Shown here: piece by piece, positions 51,847 through 61,506 of the stretch
Layout: every line of letters begins with the position of its first letter
How positions within the stretch are numbered: the first letter of the stretch is position 1
Source: Burkholderiales bacterium
GTDB lineage: Bacteria; Pseudomonadota; Gammaproteobacteria; Burkholderiales; SG8-39
Assembly: GCA_035577785.1 (NCBI GenBank)
Contig: DATLUZ010000297.1
Location: 7,802 to 71,801 of the forward strand
Length of the DNA: 64,000 nucleotides
Direction: 5' to 3'
Notes under the pieces: generated by a model
Told to the model about the DNA's origin: nothing
What the model saw: only the letters and a program-made list of their open reading frames with translations
Databases searched by the model: none
Program-made: the position numbers and the translations under genes

Positions 51847-52617
51847 TCAGTCCAACCGAACCGCGACGCCCTGAAGCTCTCCGGTTGGCGCCGGGTAGCG
51901 CTCCATCACCAGCGGGTCGTGGCCGGGGATGATGTGCGCGGGCGACTCGGCGAGGCTGCGCAGCAGCCGGTAGCCCTCGACCATGTCCGCCACGGACCAG
52001 ACGATCGGGAACGGCCGGGTCTCATCCATGTTTGCGTAGAAATGGCTCGCGTCGGACGCTAGCACCACCCAGCCGCGGCGCGTCCGCACGCGCACCACCT
52101 GCAGTCCCATGGTGTGGCCGCCGATCAGGTGAAGCGAAATCCCGGGCGCGAGCTCCGCGTCGCCGTCGTGGAAGCGCACGCGGTCCTCGTACACGCGGCG
52201 GACCATGCCGACCACGTCCTCGAGATCGTACGCGCCGCGGAAGCACTCGTGCCCCATGTAGCGCCCGGTGGCGTAGCGCATCTCCAGGTCCTGCAGGTGC
52301 AGGGTCGCTGCGGGAAAGAGATCGAAATTGCCGACATGGTCGTAGTGGAGATGAGTGATGACCACATCCTTTACGCCTTTCGGCTCCGTTCCCAGAAGCT
52401 TCAGGCCCTCCGTGGGGCAACGGATGTGATCCCGGCCGCGCTTCTTCGCTACCGCCGCTGAAAAGCCGGTGTCCACGACCACCTCGCGGCCGTCGCCGCG
52501 GATCAGCCAGACGAAGTAATCGAGCGGCATCGGCCCGTCGTGCGGATCACCGCCGATGAAATTCTCCGATCTGCGCCGCGCGTGGTGCGCGTACTTGATC
52601 GCGTAGACCTCGTACAT
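51847..52617 (-). CDS. MBL-fold metallo-hydrolase (N-acyl-homoserine-lactonase-like family)
   Basis: Last 256 codons of ORF 51847..53445. ATG 52617 overlaps the tyrS TGA (TGATG). The zinc motif is THLHYDHVG. Confidence 0.85.
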   Translation of the reverse strand: MYEVYAIKYAHHARRRSENFIGGDPHDGPMPLDYFVWLIRGDGREVVVDTGFSAAVAKKRGRDHIRCPTEGLKLLGTEPKGVKDVVITHLHYDHVGNFDLFPAATLHLQDLEMRYATGRYMGHECFRGAYDLEDVVGMVRRVYEDRVRFHDGDAELAPGISLHLIGGHTMGLQVVRVRTRRGWVVLASDASHFYANMDETRPFPIVWSVADMVEGYRLLRSLAESPAHIIPGHDPLVMERYPAPTGELQGVAVRLD

Positions 52618-53816
52618 CACTCGATCCTGATGCGTGCGAACTTCCGTTTCCCGACTTGGGCCACAACGATCCGCCCGGCCTGCAGCTTCAGATTCTTGTC
52701 GGACACTCTCTCGCCGTCGAGCTTTACCCCGCCCTGCTCGATCATGCGCTGCGCCTCGGAGGTGCTCGGCGTGAGGCCAGCCTGCTTGAGCAGATGCGCG
52801 ATGAGCATTCCGCCTTCGGGCGCCTTCACTGCAAGCTCCCGCATGTCCTCCGGCAGCACGCCCTCGCGAAAGCGCTGCTCGAAACCTTCCTGCGCTTTGC
52901 GCGCCGCTGCCTCGCCATGAAACCGCGCCACGATTTCCGCCGCAAAGCGGACCTTGACGTCCCTCGGATTCGCGCCTGAGCGGACCTCTTCCTTCCACTT
53001 CCTGACCGTCGCGAGCGGCTCGAAGGAGAGCAGCTCGATGTAGCGCCACATCAGCTCGTCCGAAATCGACATCAGCTTGCCGAAGATCTCCTGCGGCGGC
53101 TCGGCGATGCCGACATAGTTGCCGAGCGACTTGGACATCTTCTCCTTGCCGTCCAGGCCCTCGAGCAGCGGCATGGTGATGATGCACTGCGGCTCCTGGC
53201 CCCAGGCCCGCTGCAGCTCCCGCCCCACCAGGAGATTGAACTTCTGGTCGGTCCCGCCGAGCTCTACGTCGGCCTTCATCGCGACCGAGTCGTATCCCTG
53301 CATCAGCGGGTAGAGCAGCTCGTGCACCGCGATCGGTCTTTCTTCGCGGAACCGCCTGGAAAAATCGTCGCGCTCGAGGAGCTGGGACACGGTGTATTTC
53401 GCCGCGAGGCGGATGATGCCCTCGGCGCCGAGCTCGTCGGACCACTCGGAGTTGAACAGGATCTGCGTGCGCTCCGGGTCGAGGATCTTGAACGCCTGAT
53501 CGCGGTAGCTTTGCGCGTTGGCGAGAATCTGCTCGCGCGAGAGCGGCGGACGGGTCTGATTCTTGCCCGTCGGGTCGCCGATCATGCCGGTGAAGTCGCC
53601 GATCAGGAACTGGACCTGGTGGCCGAGCTCCTGGAAGTGCCGCAGCTTGTTGATGACCACCGTGTGGCCGAGGTGCAAATCGGGAGCGGTCGGGTCCAGC
53701 CCCAGCTTGACGCGGAGCTTGCGGCCGCTTTGAAGCTTTTTGACGAGTTCCTCCTCGAGGATCAGCTCTTCGCTACCCCGACGGATGGTCTCAATAGCCT
53801 GTGCGAGCGGTGCCAT
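52617..53816 (-). CDS. tyrS: Tyrosine--tRNA ligase
   Basis: 399 aa with a HIGH-type LHLGH motif, KMSKS, and a C-terminal S4-like domain. Confidence 0.95.
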   Translation of the reverse strand: MAPLAQAIETIRRGSEELILEEELVKKLQSGRKLRVKLGLDPTAPDLHLGHTVVINKLRHFQELGHQVQFLIGDFTGMIGDPTGKNQTRPPLSREQILANAQSYRDQAFKILDPERTQILFNSEWSDELGAEGIIRLAAKYTVSQLLERDDFSRRFREERPIAVHELLYPLMQGYDSVAMKADVELGGTDQKFNLLVGRELQRAWGQEPQCIITMPLLEGLDGKEKMSKSLGNYVGIAEPPQEIFGKLMSISDELMWRYIELLSFEPLATVRKWKEEVRSGANPRDVKVRFAAEIVARFHGEAAARKAQEGFEQRFREGVLPEDMRELAVKAPEGGMLIAHLLKQAGLTPSTSEAQRMIEQGGVKLDGERVSDKNLKLQAGRIVVAQVGKRKFARIRIE

Positions 53817-53876
53817 TTATCTATTGCGCGCCCCGAGAACTTTGCTACACTCCCGCAGGCATCTGAATAACAAGGG

Positions 53877-53882
53877 ATTCTA
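53877..53882 (-). promoter_or_regulatory. TAGAAT -10-like hexamer upstream of tyrS
   Basis: Plus strand reads attcta. It lies 54-60 nt upstream of ATG 53816, in the 73-bp divergent spacer. Confidence 0.3.
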
Positions 53883-53889
53883 GCTGCTT

Positions 53890-55131
53890 ATGGGCATTCT
53901 CGGGCCGTTTGCGCGCAGCGCCGCAGTCGTGGTCCTCGCCGTTTTCGGCGCGGTCGCGGCATTCGCCACCATCGCGCCTTCGCCCGATGCCCAGTTCCTG
54001 CTCTCGCGAACCTCGTCCATCGAGGCGCTGCCCATCCCGGCCGAGGCCTTGCTGCCGTCGCCCGCGTCGTACATCCGTGAAGAGCGATTCCAGCGCGGCG
54101 ATACGCTGGCCGCGTTCCTCTTGCGGCTCGGGGTCTCCGACGGCGAAGTCGCGCCGCTCGCGCGCCAGCGCGCGTTCCAGGCGCTGCGTCCCGGCTATAA
54201 CGTTGCGGCCGAGGTCAGCGCCGAGGGCAGGCTCGTGGCGCTCAGCTTTCTCACCTCTCGCGATACGCTGGTCCAGGTGTCGCGCGAAGGGGAGGAGTTC
54301 CGCTCGAGCGAAGAGCGTGCCGCGCTCTACACGCAGGTGGCGATGAAGTCGACCGTGGTGCAGACCTCGCTCTTCGCCGCGAGCGACGCCGCCGGGATCC
54401 CCGACGGCGTGGCCATGCAGCTCGCCGACATCTTCGGCGGCGACATCGATTTCCACCGCGACCTGCGCAAGGGCGACCAGTTCGCCGTGGTGTACGAGCT
54501 GCACCACCTCGCCGGCCGGCCGGTGCGCGCCGGGCGCGTGCTCGCGGCCGAGTTCTCGAGCCGCGGCAAGACGTATCGCGCGGTTCATTACGGCAACGGC
54601 TACTACGCGCCGGACGGCAACAGCCTGCGCAAGGCGTTCCTGCGCGCGCCGCTCGAGTTCTCGCGCGTCAGCTCGGGCTTCGGACTGAGGGTGCACCCGA
54701 TCGCCAGGTCCTGGCGCGCGCACCAGGGCATCGATTACGCGGCCCCGACCGGTACGCGGGTGCGGGCGGTGGGCGACGCAGTCGTCGAGCACGCGGGACC
54801 GCGTGGCGGCTACGGCAACACGGTCATCCTGCGCCATGCGGGGCAGTACACCACGGTGTACGCGCATCTGAGCCGCATCGCGGTAAGGCGCGGCGCACAC
54901 GTTGCCCAGAACGACACCATCGGCTTTGTCGGCCAGACCGGCTGGGCGACGGGGCCGCACCTGCACTACGAGTTTCGCGTCGCCGGGCAGGCGCGCAACC
55001 CGATGTCCATCGCCATGCCCGCGGCGTCGCCGGTCCCGGCCGCCGAGCTCGCCGCCTTCCAGGTCCACGCCGCGCCGCTGATCGCGCGCCTCGAGCTTCT
55101 CGCCAACAGCAACCTCGCACTGCTGGAGTAG
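53890..55131 (+). CDS. M23-family peptidoglycan metalloendopeptidase
   Basis: 413 aa with an N-terminal TM anchor. The C-terminal motifs are HQGIDYAAPTGT and GPHLHYEF. Confidence 0.88.
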   Translation: MGILGPFARSAAVVVLAVFGAVAAFATIAPSPDAQFLLSRTSSIEALPIPAEALLPSPASYIREERFQRGDTLAAFLLRLGVSDGEVAPLARQRAFQALRPGYNVAAEVSAEGRLVALSFLTSRDTLVQVSREGEEFRSSEERAALYTQVAMKSTVVQTSLFAASDAAGIPDGVAMQLADIFGGDIDFHRDLRKGDQFAVVYELHHLAGRPVRAGRVLAAEFSSRGKTYRAVHYGNGYYAPDGNSLRKAFLRAPLEFSRVSSGFGLRVHPIARSWRAHQGIDYAAPTGTRVRAVGDAVVEHAGPRGGYGNTVILRHAGQYTTVYAHLSRIAVRRGAHVAQNDTIGFVGQTGWATGPHLHYEFRVAGQARNPMSIAMPAASPVPAAELAAFQVHAAPLIARLELLANSNLALLE

Positions 55132-55132
55132 A

Positions 55133-56698
55133 TTGCCCGGTACCGGTTTCGCGGCAGGTTCAGCGGCAGAGCAGATCCGCTTGGCCGAGGACGCGCTTGC
55201 CGCCGGCCGGTTCAAGGAAGCCGTCAACGCGCTGCGCAAGGCCCTGCCCCTCGATCGGGAATCGCCGCGCCCGCGATTGATGCTGGGCTACGCGCTCTGG
55301 CGCTCCGGTCAGCGTGCCGAAGCCATCCAGACGCTGCAGCAACTCGTCGAGATGGCGCCGGACAACGCCGACGCCTGGTTCAACCTCGGCAACTTCTATC
55401 GCACCGAGCGCCGGTTCGACGACGCGGTCGCCGCGTTCAGGCGCGCCGTGCCGTTGCGGCGGGACAACGCCGAGCCGTGGATCAACCTCGGCTACGTTCT
55501 CGCGCAGCAGGGCCATTTCGCCGAGGCGCAACGCGAGCTCGGCGAAGCCATTGCCCGCTTTCCGCGCGAGCCGGACCTCCTGGTCAATCTCGCCCAGGTT
55601 CAGCGAGCCACGCGGCACTGGAACGATGCGCTTGCGACCCTCGATCGTTGCCTGGCCCTGGCCCCCCACCACAACGGCTATCGCATTACGCGCTCGATCG
55701 CGTTGGACGAAAGCGGGCAGCCGGACCGCGCGCTGGCGGAGCTGTCTGCGCTTCTGGACAGTGCGCCGGCGATCGCAGAGGCCCGTTTCGCTCGCGCCCA
55801 GATGCGCCTTTCCCGCAGGGATTGGGGCGGCTGGGAGGATTACCTGTGGCGGCCGGACCGACTGCGTTGGCTCGCGAAACAGGGAATGCGCCCAACCCAG
55901 CCGGCCGCGACTCGGGCCGAGGTCGCCGGCCGGGACGTCGTGCTGGTCGGTGAACAGGGCCTCGGGGACGTCGTCTTCTTCCTGCGCTTCGCCAAGCTCC
56001 TCGAACCGGCGGCGAGGAGCGTGCGCGCCGAGGTCGACTCGCGCCTGGAACCGATTCTGCCGAGAGAATGGACGTCGAGCCCGGAAGGGAGCGCCGTACC
56101 GATTCGCATACTCCTGGGCGACTTGCCGGCCATGTTCCAGCAGGGGCCGCTACCGTCGCTTGAGCTGGCCGCGGACGCAGGCCGAAGCGCCGAGCTCAAA
56201 GCGCGATTATCGAGCTGCGGCCCTGCGCCCTACATCGGGGTGTCGTGGCAAGCCGGCGTGCCGTGGACGGACATGTCCGCCCCGGGGGCGGGAATTTTCA
56301 AGCGCGTGCCGCCGGCCGATCTGGGGCGGACGTTGCGCGCCATCCCGGGGACGTTGATCTCGCTTCAGCGCGCGGCACCGGCCGGGGATGTCGAAGCCCT
56401 GAGCGCTGCAGCCGAGCGCCCGGTGCAGGATTTTTCATGGGTGAATGAAAGCCTTCCGGATGCCCTCGCCCTGCTTGCCGGCCTGCACGACTACGTCGCG
56501 GTCAGCAATACCAATGTGCACCTGAACGAGGCGATCGGCCGCAGCACCCGCGTCCTGGTGACTCATCCGTCGGAGTGGCGGTGGACGCGCGACGATGAGC
56601 GCTCGCCCTGGTTTCGGCATGCGGTGGCATACCGGCAGGCCCAGGACGGCTCCTGGGCCACGGCGCTGCACGCGCTACGGAAGGATCTCGGGGGCTAG
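55133..56698 (+). CDS. TPR-repeat protein fused to a GT9 (heptosyltransferase)-like domain
   Basis: 521 aa. The TTG start lies 2 nt after the M23 stop. There are about six TPRs, then [14 protein letters not shown] and [22 protein letters not shown] (GT9-like). Confidence 0.75.
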   Translation: MPGTGFAAGSAAEQIRLAEDALAAGRFKEAVNALRKALPLDRESPRPRLMLGYALWRSGQRAEAIQTLQQLVEMAPDNADAWFNLGNFYRTERRFDDAVAAFRRAVPLRRDNAEPWINLGYVLAQQGHFAEAQRELGEAIARFPREPDLLVNLAQVQRATRHWNDALATLDRCLALAPHHNGYRITRSIALDESGQPDRALAELSALLDSAPAIAEARFARAQMRLSRRDWGGWEDYLWRPDRLRWLAKQGMRPTQPAATRAEVAGRDVVLVGEQGLGDVVFFLRFAKLLEPAARSVRAEVDSRLEPILPREWTSSPEGSAVPIRILLGDLPAMFQQGPLPSLELAADAGRSAELKARLSSCGPAPYIGVSWQAGVPWTDMSAPGAGIFKRVPPADLGRTLRAIPGTLISLQRAAPAGDVEALSAAAERPVQDFSWVNESLPDALALLAGLHDYVAVSNTNVHLNEAIGRSTRVLVTHPSEWRWTRDDERSPWFRHAVAYRQAQDGSWATALHALRKDLGG

Positions 56699-57045
56699 AC
56701 CGAGAACGACGACCCGCAACCGCAGGTGCTCTGCGCGTTGGGGTTCTTGATGACGAACTGCGCGCCCTCCAGGCCTTCCTGGTAGTCGATCTCGGCGCCG
56801 GTGAGGTATTGGTAGCTCATCGGGTCGATGAGCAGGGTGACGCCGTTCTTCTGCATCACCGCGTCGTCGTCGTTCTGGACCTCGTCGAAGGTGAACCCGT
56901 ACTGGAAGCCGGAGCAGCCGCCGCCCGTGACGAATACCCGCAGCTTGAGGTCGGGATTGCCCTCCTCGTCGATGAGCTGCTTGACCTTGTTGGCCGCGCT
57001 GTCGCTGAACAACAGCGGGACGGGCATCTCGGCTACGGCATCCAT
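56695..57045 (-). CDS. erpA: Iron-sulfur cluster insertion protein ErpA
   Basis: 116 aa A-type carrier with GGGCSGFQY and a C-terminal CGCGSSF. Confidence 0.93.
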   Translation of the reverse strand: MDAVAEMPVPLLFSDSAANKVKQLIDEEGNPDLKLRVFVTGGGCSGFQYGFTFDEVQNDDDAVMQKNGVTLLIDPMSYQYLTGAEIDYQEGLEGAQFVIKNPNAQSTCGCGSSFSV

Positions 57046-57055
57046 AATTTTCAGT

Positions 57056-57466
57056 TTACTCCTGATTGCTGGCGGCGAGCTTCAGCTCGACGCCTTTCAT
57101 TTCGGCGGGGTGATGCACCAGCCGCCCTTCAACCACGGCGCCTGGATGGATTTCGATCGTCTTGTAATGCACATCCCCTTTGACCTTGGACCCCGCCTGT
57201 AGTTCGAGGGTCTCCGTGGCGTGCACCGGCCCGTTGATGGTGCCGTTGACCACGATGTGCGCGGCCTGCACTTCGCCGTCGATGCGCGCATCGGCCGACA
57301 CCGCAAGGGTGCCGGGCTGGTCGGCCACCGCGCTGACGTTGCCTCGGACCATGCCGTCGACCCGTAATCCGCCACTGAAGATCACGTTGCCCTCGATCCG
57401 GGTGGTCGTTCCGATCAGGCTGTCGATCCTGTTCTGGGGTTTGCTCGATCTGCTGAACATTCTCAT
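57056..57466 (-). CDS. Bactofilin-family polymer-forming protein
   Basis: 136 aa with a beta-helical repeat pattern ([21 protein letters not shown]...). Confidence 0.88.
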   Translation of the reverse strand: MRMFSRSSKPQNRIDSLIGTTTRIEGNVIFSGGLRVDGMVRGNVSAVADQPGTLAVSADARIDGEVQAAHIVVNGTINGPVHATETLELQAGSKVKGDVHYKTIEIHPGAVVEGRLVHHPAEMKGVELKLAASNQE

Positions 57467-58224
57467 GCTCCCTTCGGCCCTACGGCCACCGAGTGCGTTG
57501 CGCGCGGCTGGCTCGAGCCAGTCTCGTAGATGCGCACCTGCACGCTCTCCACCTTCGCCTTCGGGTTCACCCGGAACGTCCCTTCGACCCGACGGAAATA
57601 TTTGAAAGCGAGGCGGAAGGCAGCCGCGTCCGCCTGCTCCGGGAAGCTCATCATAACATTGCGCCCCTCTTCCTGCAGGCTCACGACGAGCTCCATGCGT
57701 CCATTGAAGTCGCGCTCGCGGCGCGCGCTCGGCGTGACGAGAAGCAGCCGGTAGCGGTATTCACCAGGCAATACGTCCGCAACGACCTGGAAACTGTAAA
57801 TGGAGGGCGCATTTCCGCTGCGCGCCTCCGACGTCACCATGCTCTCGAATGTGCCTAATTCCTCACGCAGGCGCGCGTTGTCCTGCTCGAGGGTGCGGAT
57901 TTGCTGGGCGAGCTTCTGCTGCGCGGTGCGCTCGATGGAGAGCCGGCTGTCCGCGGCATTCGCCACGGCGCGCAGCCGTTCGAGCTCCGAGCGCGCATCG
58001 TCGAGCTCGCGGCTGACCCGGCTGAGCTCCACTTGCACTTCGCTCCGGTCAAACCCGGCGAAGCGCCTGCCGGCGTCGTAGATCCAGAGCGCCGAAAAAT
58101 ACGAGATGCCGAGCAGCACTGCGATCCCGAGCCAGCGCCAATACCAGGGAAGCGCGTTGTGAATTTCTACACGCGAGGTGGCGATGCCGAAGCGGCGTCG
58201 CAGCGTCTTCACCCAGCGCTTCAA
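57463..58224 (-). CDS. Membrane-anchored coiled-coil protein (DUF6776-like)
   Basis: ORF 57463..58398 trimmed to TTG 58224 (TTGA overlap with argC). It has one TM, a coiled coil ([13 protein letters not shown]...) and a beta-rich C-domain. ATGA overlaps the bactofilin gene. Confidence 0.65.
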   Translation of the reverse strand: MKRWVKTLRRRFGIATSRVEIHNALPWYWRWLGIAVLLGISYFSALWIYDAGRRFAGFDRSEVQVELSRVSRELDDARSELERLRAVANAADSRLSIERTAQQKLAQQIRTLEQDNARLREELGTFESMVTSEARSGNAPSIYSFQVVADVLPGEYRYRLLLVTPSARRERDFNGRMELVVSLQEEGRNVMMSFPEQADAAAFRLAFKYFRRVEGTFRVNPKAKVESVQVRIYETGSSQPRATHSVAVGPKGA

Positions 58225-59261
58225 GGCACCACCGCCACCTGAGTCAAACCCGCCGTCTCCGGAAGACCGAACATCAGGTTCATGTTCTGCACCGCCTGGC
58301 CCGACGCCCCCTTCACCAGGTTGTCGATGACCGACAACACCACAAGCGTGTCGGACCCCTTGGCGCTTTGCGGCGGCCGGTGCACCGCGATCCGGCACAG
58401 GTTCGCGGCGCGCACCGAGCGTGTATCCGGGTGGCTTCCAGGGGGCATCACGTCCACGAACGGCTCGCGCCCGTAGCGCTTTTCAAACAGCGCCTGGAAA
58501 TCAGCCTCGCGCGCAATGCGTGCATAGGCGGTCACCTCTATGCCGCGAATGAGCGGAAGCAGATGGGTCGTGAAGACGAGGCCCACCTCTCGTCGGGCGG
58601 CCTGGGCGAGCCCCTGGCGAATCTCCGGCCAGTGCCGGTGACCCGGCACGTTGTAGGCAGCGAAGTTGTCCGACGCCTCCGAAAATCCGAGATGCAGCTC
58701 GGCCTTGCGACCCGCGCCGCTCACGCCGGATTTCGCGTCGGCGATGAGGTGATCGAGATCGACCACACCCGCCTCCACGAGCGGCAGCAGCGCGAGCTGC
58801 GTCGCGGTCGGATAGCAGCCGGGGTTGGCGACCAGGCGCGCGCCCGCAAGGCGCTCGCGGTTGAGCTCCGGCAGCCCGTAAACGGCCTCGGCGACGAGCT
58901 CCGGGGCAGCATGCTTGAGCTTGTACCAGCGCTCCCACTCCGCCACCTCCTTGATGCGGAAATCGGCGGAGAGATCGATCACGCGCGTGCCGCTTTCGAG
59001 CAGCGCGCGCGCCTCCGCCATTGCCACTCCGCTCGGCGTGGCAAAGAAGACCACGTCGCAGCCGCGCAGCGCGTCGGCCTTGGGCTCGCTGAAGGCGAGG
59101 TCCACACGCCGGCGCAGGCTCGGGAACATCGCCGACACTGCGGTGCCGGCCTCCTTGCGCGAGGTGATAGCGCGCAGCTCGACCTGCGGATGCTGGGCGA
59201 GAAGCCTGAGCAGCTCCACGCCGGTGTAGCCGGTACCGCCAACAATTCCCGCTTTAACCAT
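58221..59261 (-). CDS. argC: N-acetyl-gamma-glutamyl-phosphate reductase
   Basis: Start taken at ATG 59261 ([14 protein letters not shown]). The catalytic Cys is in NPGCYPT. Confidence 0.93.
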   Translation of the reverse strand: MVKAGIVGGTGYTGVELLRLLAQHPQVELRAITSRKEAGTAVSAMFPSLRRRVDLAFSEPKADALRGCDVVFFATPSGVAMAEARALLESGTRVIDLSADFRIKEVAEWERWYKLKHAAPELVAEAVYGLPELNRERLAGARLVANPGCYPTATQLALLPLVEAGVVDLDHLIADAKSGVSGAGRKAELHLGFSEASDNFAAYNVPGHRHWPEIRQGLAQAARREVGLVFTTHLLPLIRGIEVTAYARIAREADFQALFEKRYGREPFVDVMPPGSHPDTRSVRAANLCRIAVHRPPQSAKGSDTLVVLSVIDNLVKGASGQAVQNMNLMFGLPETAGLTQVAVVP

Positions 59262-59271
59262 GCCCATCAGT

Positions 59272-59306
59272 CCCAAAAACAAAAAAGCCGCCCGCGGGCG
59301 GCTTTT
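59272..59306 (-). terminator. Rho-independent terminator after rpsI
   Basis: Minus strand reads GCCGCC-cgcg-GGCGGC followed by UUUUUUGUUUUUGGG. Confidence 0.75.
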
Positions 59307-59324
59307 CGATCGAAGTGCGTTCTT

Positions 59325-59717
59325 CTAACGTTTCGAGTACTGCTTGCGCCGCCGCGCCTTGTGCAGGCCAACCTTTTTTCGCTCCACTTCGCGCGCGTCG
59401 CGCGTCACGAGGCCGGCCGCGCTCAGCTGACTCTTCAGCCCGGCATCATACTCGATCAACGCGCGGGCGATGCCGTGGCGCACCGCGCCCGCCTGGCCGC
59501 TCTCGCCTCCGCCGTACACGTTCACCAGGATATCGAAGCTCGCGCCGCTCTTCGTGAGCTCGAGCGGCTGGCGCACGACCATGCGTCCGGTCTCGCGGCC
59601 GAAGAACTGGTCCACGGGCTTGCCGTTCACCACGAAATCGCCCTTGCCGGGCTTGATGAACACTCTCGCGACGGCGCTCTTGCGCCGGCCCGTGCCGTAA
59701 TAGTAGTCGCCGACCAT
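59325..59717 (-). CDS. rpsI: 30S ribosomal protein S9
   Basis: Last 130 codons of ORF 59325..60293 ([19 protein letters not shown]...[11 protein letters not shown]). TAATG overlaps rplM. Confidence 0.97.
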   Translation of the reverse strand: MVGDYYYGTGRRKSAVARVFIKPGKGDFVVNGKPVDQFFGRETGRMVVRQPLELTKSGASFDILVNVYGGGESGQAGAVRHGIARALIEYDAGLKSQLSAAGLVTRDAREVERKKVGLHKARRRKQYSKR

Positions 59718-60148
59718 TATCCGATCTCCAGTGCCTTGGGCTGCTGCGCCGAATGCGGGTGGCTGCCGCCGGCGTAGACCTTGAGCTTTTTCAGCATCGC
59801 GTAACCGAGCGGCCCCTTGGGGAGCATGCCCTTCACCGCGCGCTGCAGCACGCGCTCGGGCCGGGTGGCACGCAGCTTGGCGAAATTCGTCACCTTCAGT
59901 CCGCCGGGATACCCCGAGTGCCGGTAGTAAATCTTGTCCTCGGTCTTTCTGCCGGTCACGCGCACCTTGGCCGCGTTCACCACGACGACGTAGTCGCCGG
60001 TGTCGACATGCGGCGTGTATTCGGGTTTGTGCTTGCCGCGCAGGCGCATCGCGATCTGCGTGGCGAGTTTGCCGAGTACCTTGTCCTGAGCATCGACCAC
60101 GAACCAGCCGTGCTCGACTTCGCCTGCCTTCGCGGTGTAGGTTTTCAT
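59717..60148 (-). CDS. rplM: 50S ribosomal protein L13
   Basis: ORF 59717..60226 trimmed to ATG 60148 ([20 protein letters not shown]...), giving 143 aa. Confidence 0.97.
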   Translation of the reverse strand: MKTYTAKAGEVEHGWFVVDAQDKVLGKLATQIAMRLRGKHKPEYTPHVDTGDYVVVVNAAKVRVTGRKTEDKIYYRHSGYPGGLKVTNFAKLRATRPERVLQRAVKGMLPKGPLGYAMLKKLKVYAGGSHPHSAQQPKALEIG

Positions 60149-60174
60149 TGCTGGCGCTTCGAGAAAAGTGGCGG

Positions 60175-60180
60175 ATTGTA
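60175..60180 (-). promoter_or_regulatory. TACAAT -10-like hexamer between the candidate sRNA terminator and rplM
   Basis: Plus strand reads attgta. It lies 26 nt upstream of ATG 60148. I see no obvious -35 and no SD. Confidence 0.3.
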
Positions 60181-60183
60181 CCC

Positions 60184-60257
60184 AAAAAAATGGCGCAGCT
60201 CCCGAGAGTTGCGCCGAATCCACCAAAGGAGGAGGGTGGAGGAGATTTACTGCATCC
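60184..60257 (-). ncRNA. Candidate ~74-nt sRNA (or rplM leader attenuator) with two CUCCUCC anti-SD motifs
   Basis: The predicted RNA is GGAUGCAGUAAAUCUCCUCCACCCUCCUCCUUUGGUGGAUUCGGCGCAACUCUCGGGAGCUGCGCCAUUUUUUU. Hairpin UCCACC/GGUGGA presents the loop CUCCUCCUUU. A GC-rich terminator hairpin at 60192-60215 is followed by U7. The upstream promoter is TTGCTT-N17-CATAAT. Confidence 0.4.
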
Positions 60258-60264
60258 GGGATCG

Positions 60265-60293
60265 ATTATGCGAGCGGCGATGCTGCAAAGCAA
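60265..60293 (-). promoter_or_regulatory. Putative sigma70-type promoter TTGCTT-N17-CATAAT of the candidate sRNA
   Basis: -35 is at 60288-60293 and -10 at 60265-60270 (minus-strand reading), with an exact 17-nt spacer. Confidence 0.4.
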
Positions 60294-60433
60294 TAGGCGA
60301 CGTTCGGGTTCCGCACTCTCTCGTTAACCATTTGATTTATAGTTAGATAGGAGACACGATCCCGCGCTTTGAACAAGCGGGCGTGTTAGACAATGGTGCT
60401 TAGCACAAGCCATTGATTTCAGAGGGCCCCTGA

Positions 60434-60853
60434 ATGGAATGCAGCGTTCGTTGGACCGGCGAAGGGATGAGCTTCATCGCGGAGACCGGCAGCAACCACC
60501 TCGTGGCGATGGACGGCGCGCCCGACGGCGGCGGCCGCAACCTCGCGCCGCGGCCGATGGAGCTGGTGCTCGCCGGAACGGGCGGCTGCACCGCCTACGA
60601 CGTGGTCGTTATCCTCAAGAAAAGCGGTCAGGACGTGACGGGCTGCGAGGTCAAGCTCACCTCCGAGCGCGCCGAGACCGACCCGAAGGTCTTCACCCGG
60701 ATCCACATGCATTTCATCGTGCGCGGCCGCGCGCTCAAGAGGAACCTGGTCGAGCACGCAATCCGCCTTTCGCACGAGAAGTACTGCTCGGCTTCGATCA
60801 TGCTCGGCAAGACGGCGCAGATCAGCAAGGACTTCGAGATCGTGGAGGGATAG
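60434..60853 (+). CDS. OsmC/Ohr-family peroxiredoxin-like protein
   Basis: 139 aa with two conserved Cys (GGCTAYD, KYCSAS). Confidence 0.88.
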   Translation: MECSVRWTGEGMSFIAETGSNHLVAMDGAPDGGGRNLAPRPMELVLAGTGGCTAYDVVVILKKSGQDVTGCEVKLTSERAETDPKVFTRIHMHFIVRGRALKRNLVEHAIRLSHEKYCSASIMLGKTAQISKDFEIVEG

Positions 60854-60855
60854 CG

Positions 60856-61506
60856 ATGGCGACCAAATTCACCCGCGCCGCGCCCAGCCCGCGCTATCGG
60901 CGTCTCGTGGAGCAATACAAGCTGATGCATTTGCAGGGAGAGACCCACCTCGGCATTCCGCCGGAGAAGACCTTTCCCGGCGAGAGCCTGCCAAAAGAGG
61001 CGGCCCGGATCAAAAAACTGATCAAGCTGACCGGTGCGAAGACGATACTCGACTACGGCGCGGGCAAGGGCCAGCAGTACCTGCCGCTGCGCATCAGCGA
61101 CGAAGAGGAGCGCATCGAGTATCCCGACATCCGCTCGTTCTGGGGTGTGGCCGAGGTCCGCTGTTACGACCCGGCGTACCAGCCTTTTACCGAGCTGCCG
61201 AGGGGAAAATTCGACGGCGTCATCTGCACCGACGTCCTGGAACACTGCCCGGAGGAAGACGTCCCCTGGATCCTCGAGGAGCTCTTCGCCTTCGCCGACA
61301 AGTTCGTCTATGCCAACGTGGCCTGCTTCCCGGCGCGCAAGCGCCTGCCGAGCGGGGGCAACGCCCATTGCACCATCAGGCCGGTGCGGTGGTGGGAGGA
61401 GCAGCTCGACGGACCGGCGCGCGCCAGGCCGCAGGTCCGCTACCAGTTCCGCCTCGCATACATCAAGGCCGACGAGCTGAAGGAGAAGCTGCTGCAGCGC
61501 TGCTAG
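60856..61506 (+). CDS. Class I SAM-dependent methyltransferase
   Basis: Tail of ORF 60439..61506 from ATG 60856, giving 216 aa. Motif I is ILDYGAGKG, and it contains VICTDVLEH. Confidence 0.75.
   Translation: MATKFTRAAPSPRYRRLVEQYKLMHLQGETHLGIPPEKTFPGESLPKEAARIKKLIKLTGAKTILDYGAGKGQQYLPLRISDEEERIEYPDIRSFWGVAEVRCYDPAYQPFTELPRGKFDGVICTDVLEHCPEEDVPWILEELFAFADKFVYANVACFPARKRLPSGGNAHCTIRPVRWWEEQLDGPARARPQVRYQFRLAYIKADELKEKLLQRC

Noticed and set aside
60236-60346. 36-codon Cys-rich ORF ([23 protein letters not shown]...) just after the AAGGAGGAGG stretch on the plus strand
   Set aside because: The GTG lies only 3 nt from the SD-like run. Only about 20 of 36 codons end in G/C, far below genuine genes here. 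The SD-like run is better explained as the complement of the CU-rich motifs of a minus-strand RNA that has its own promoter and terminator.
60361-60415. Two small hairpins/palindromes (cccgcgctttgaacaagcggg; caatggtgcttagcacaagccattg) upstream of the osmC-like gene, considered as a riboswitch or operator
   Set aside because: The stems are short and imperfect, there is no U-tract, and I recognise no motif. The evidence is not enough to call a feature.
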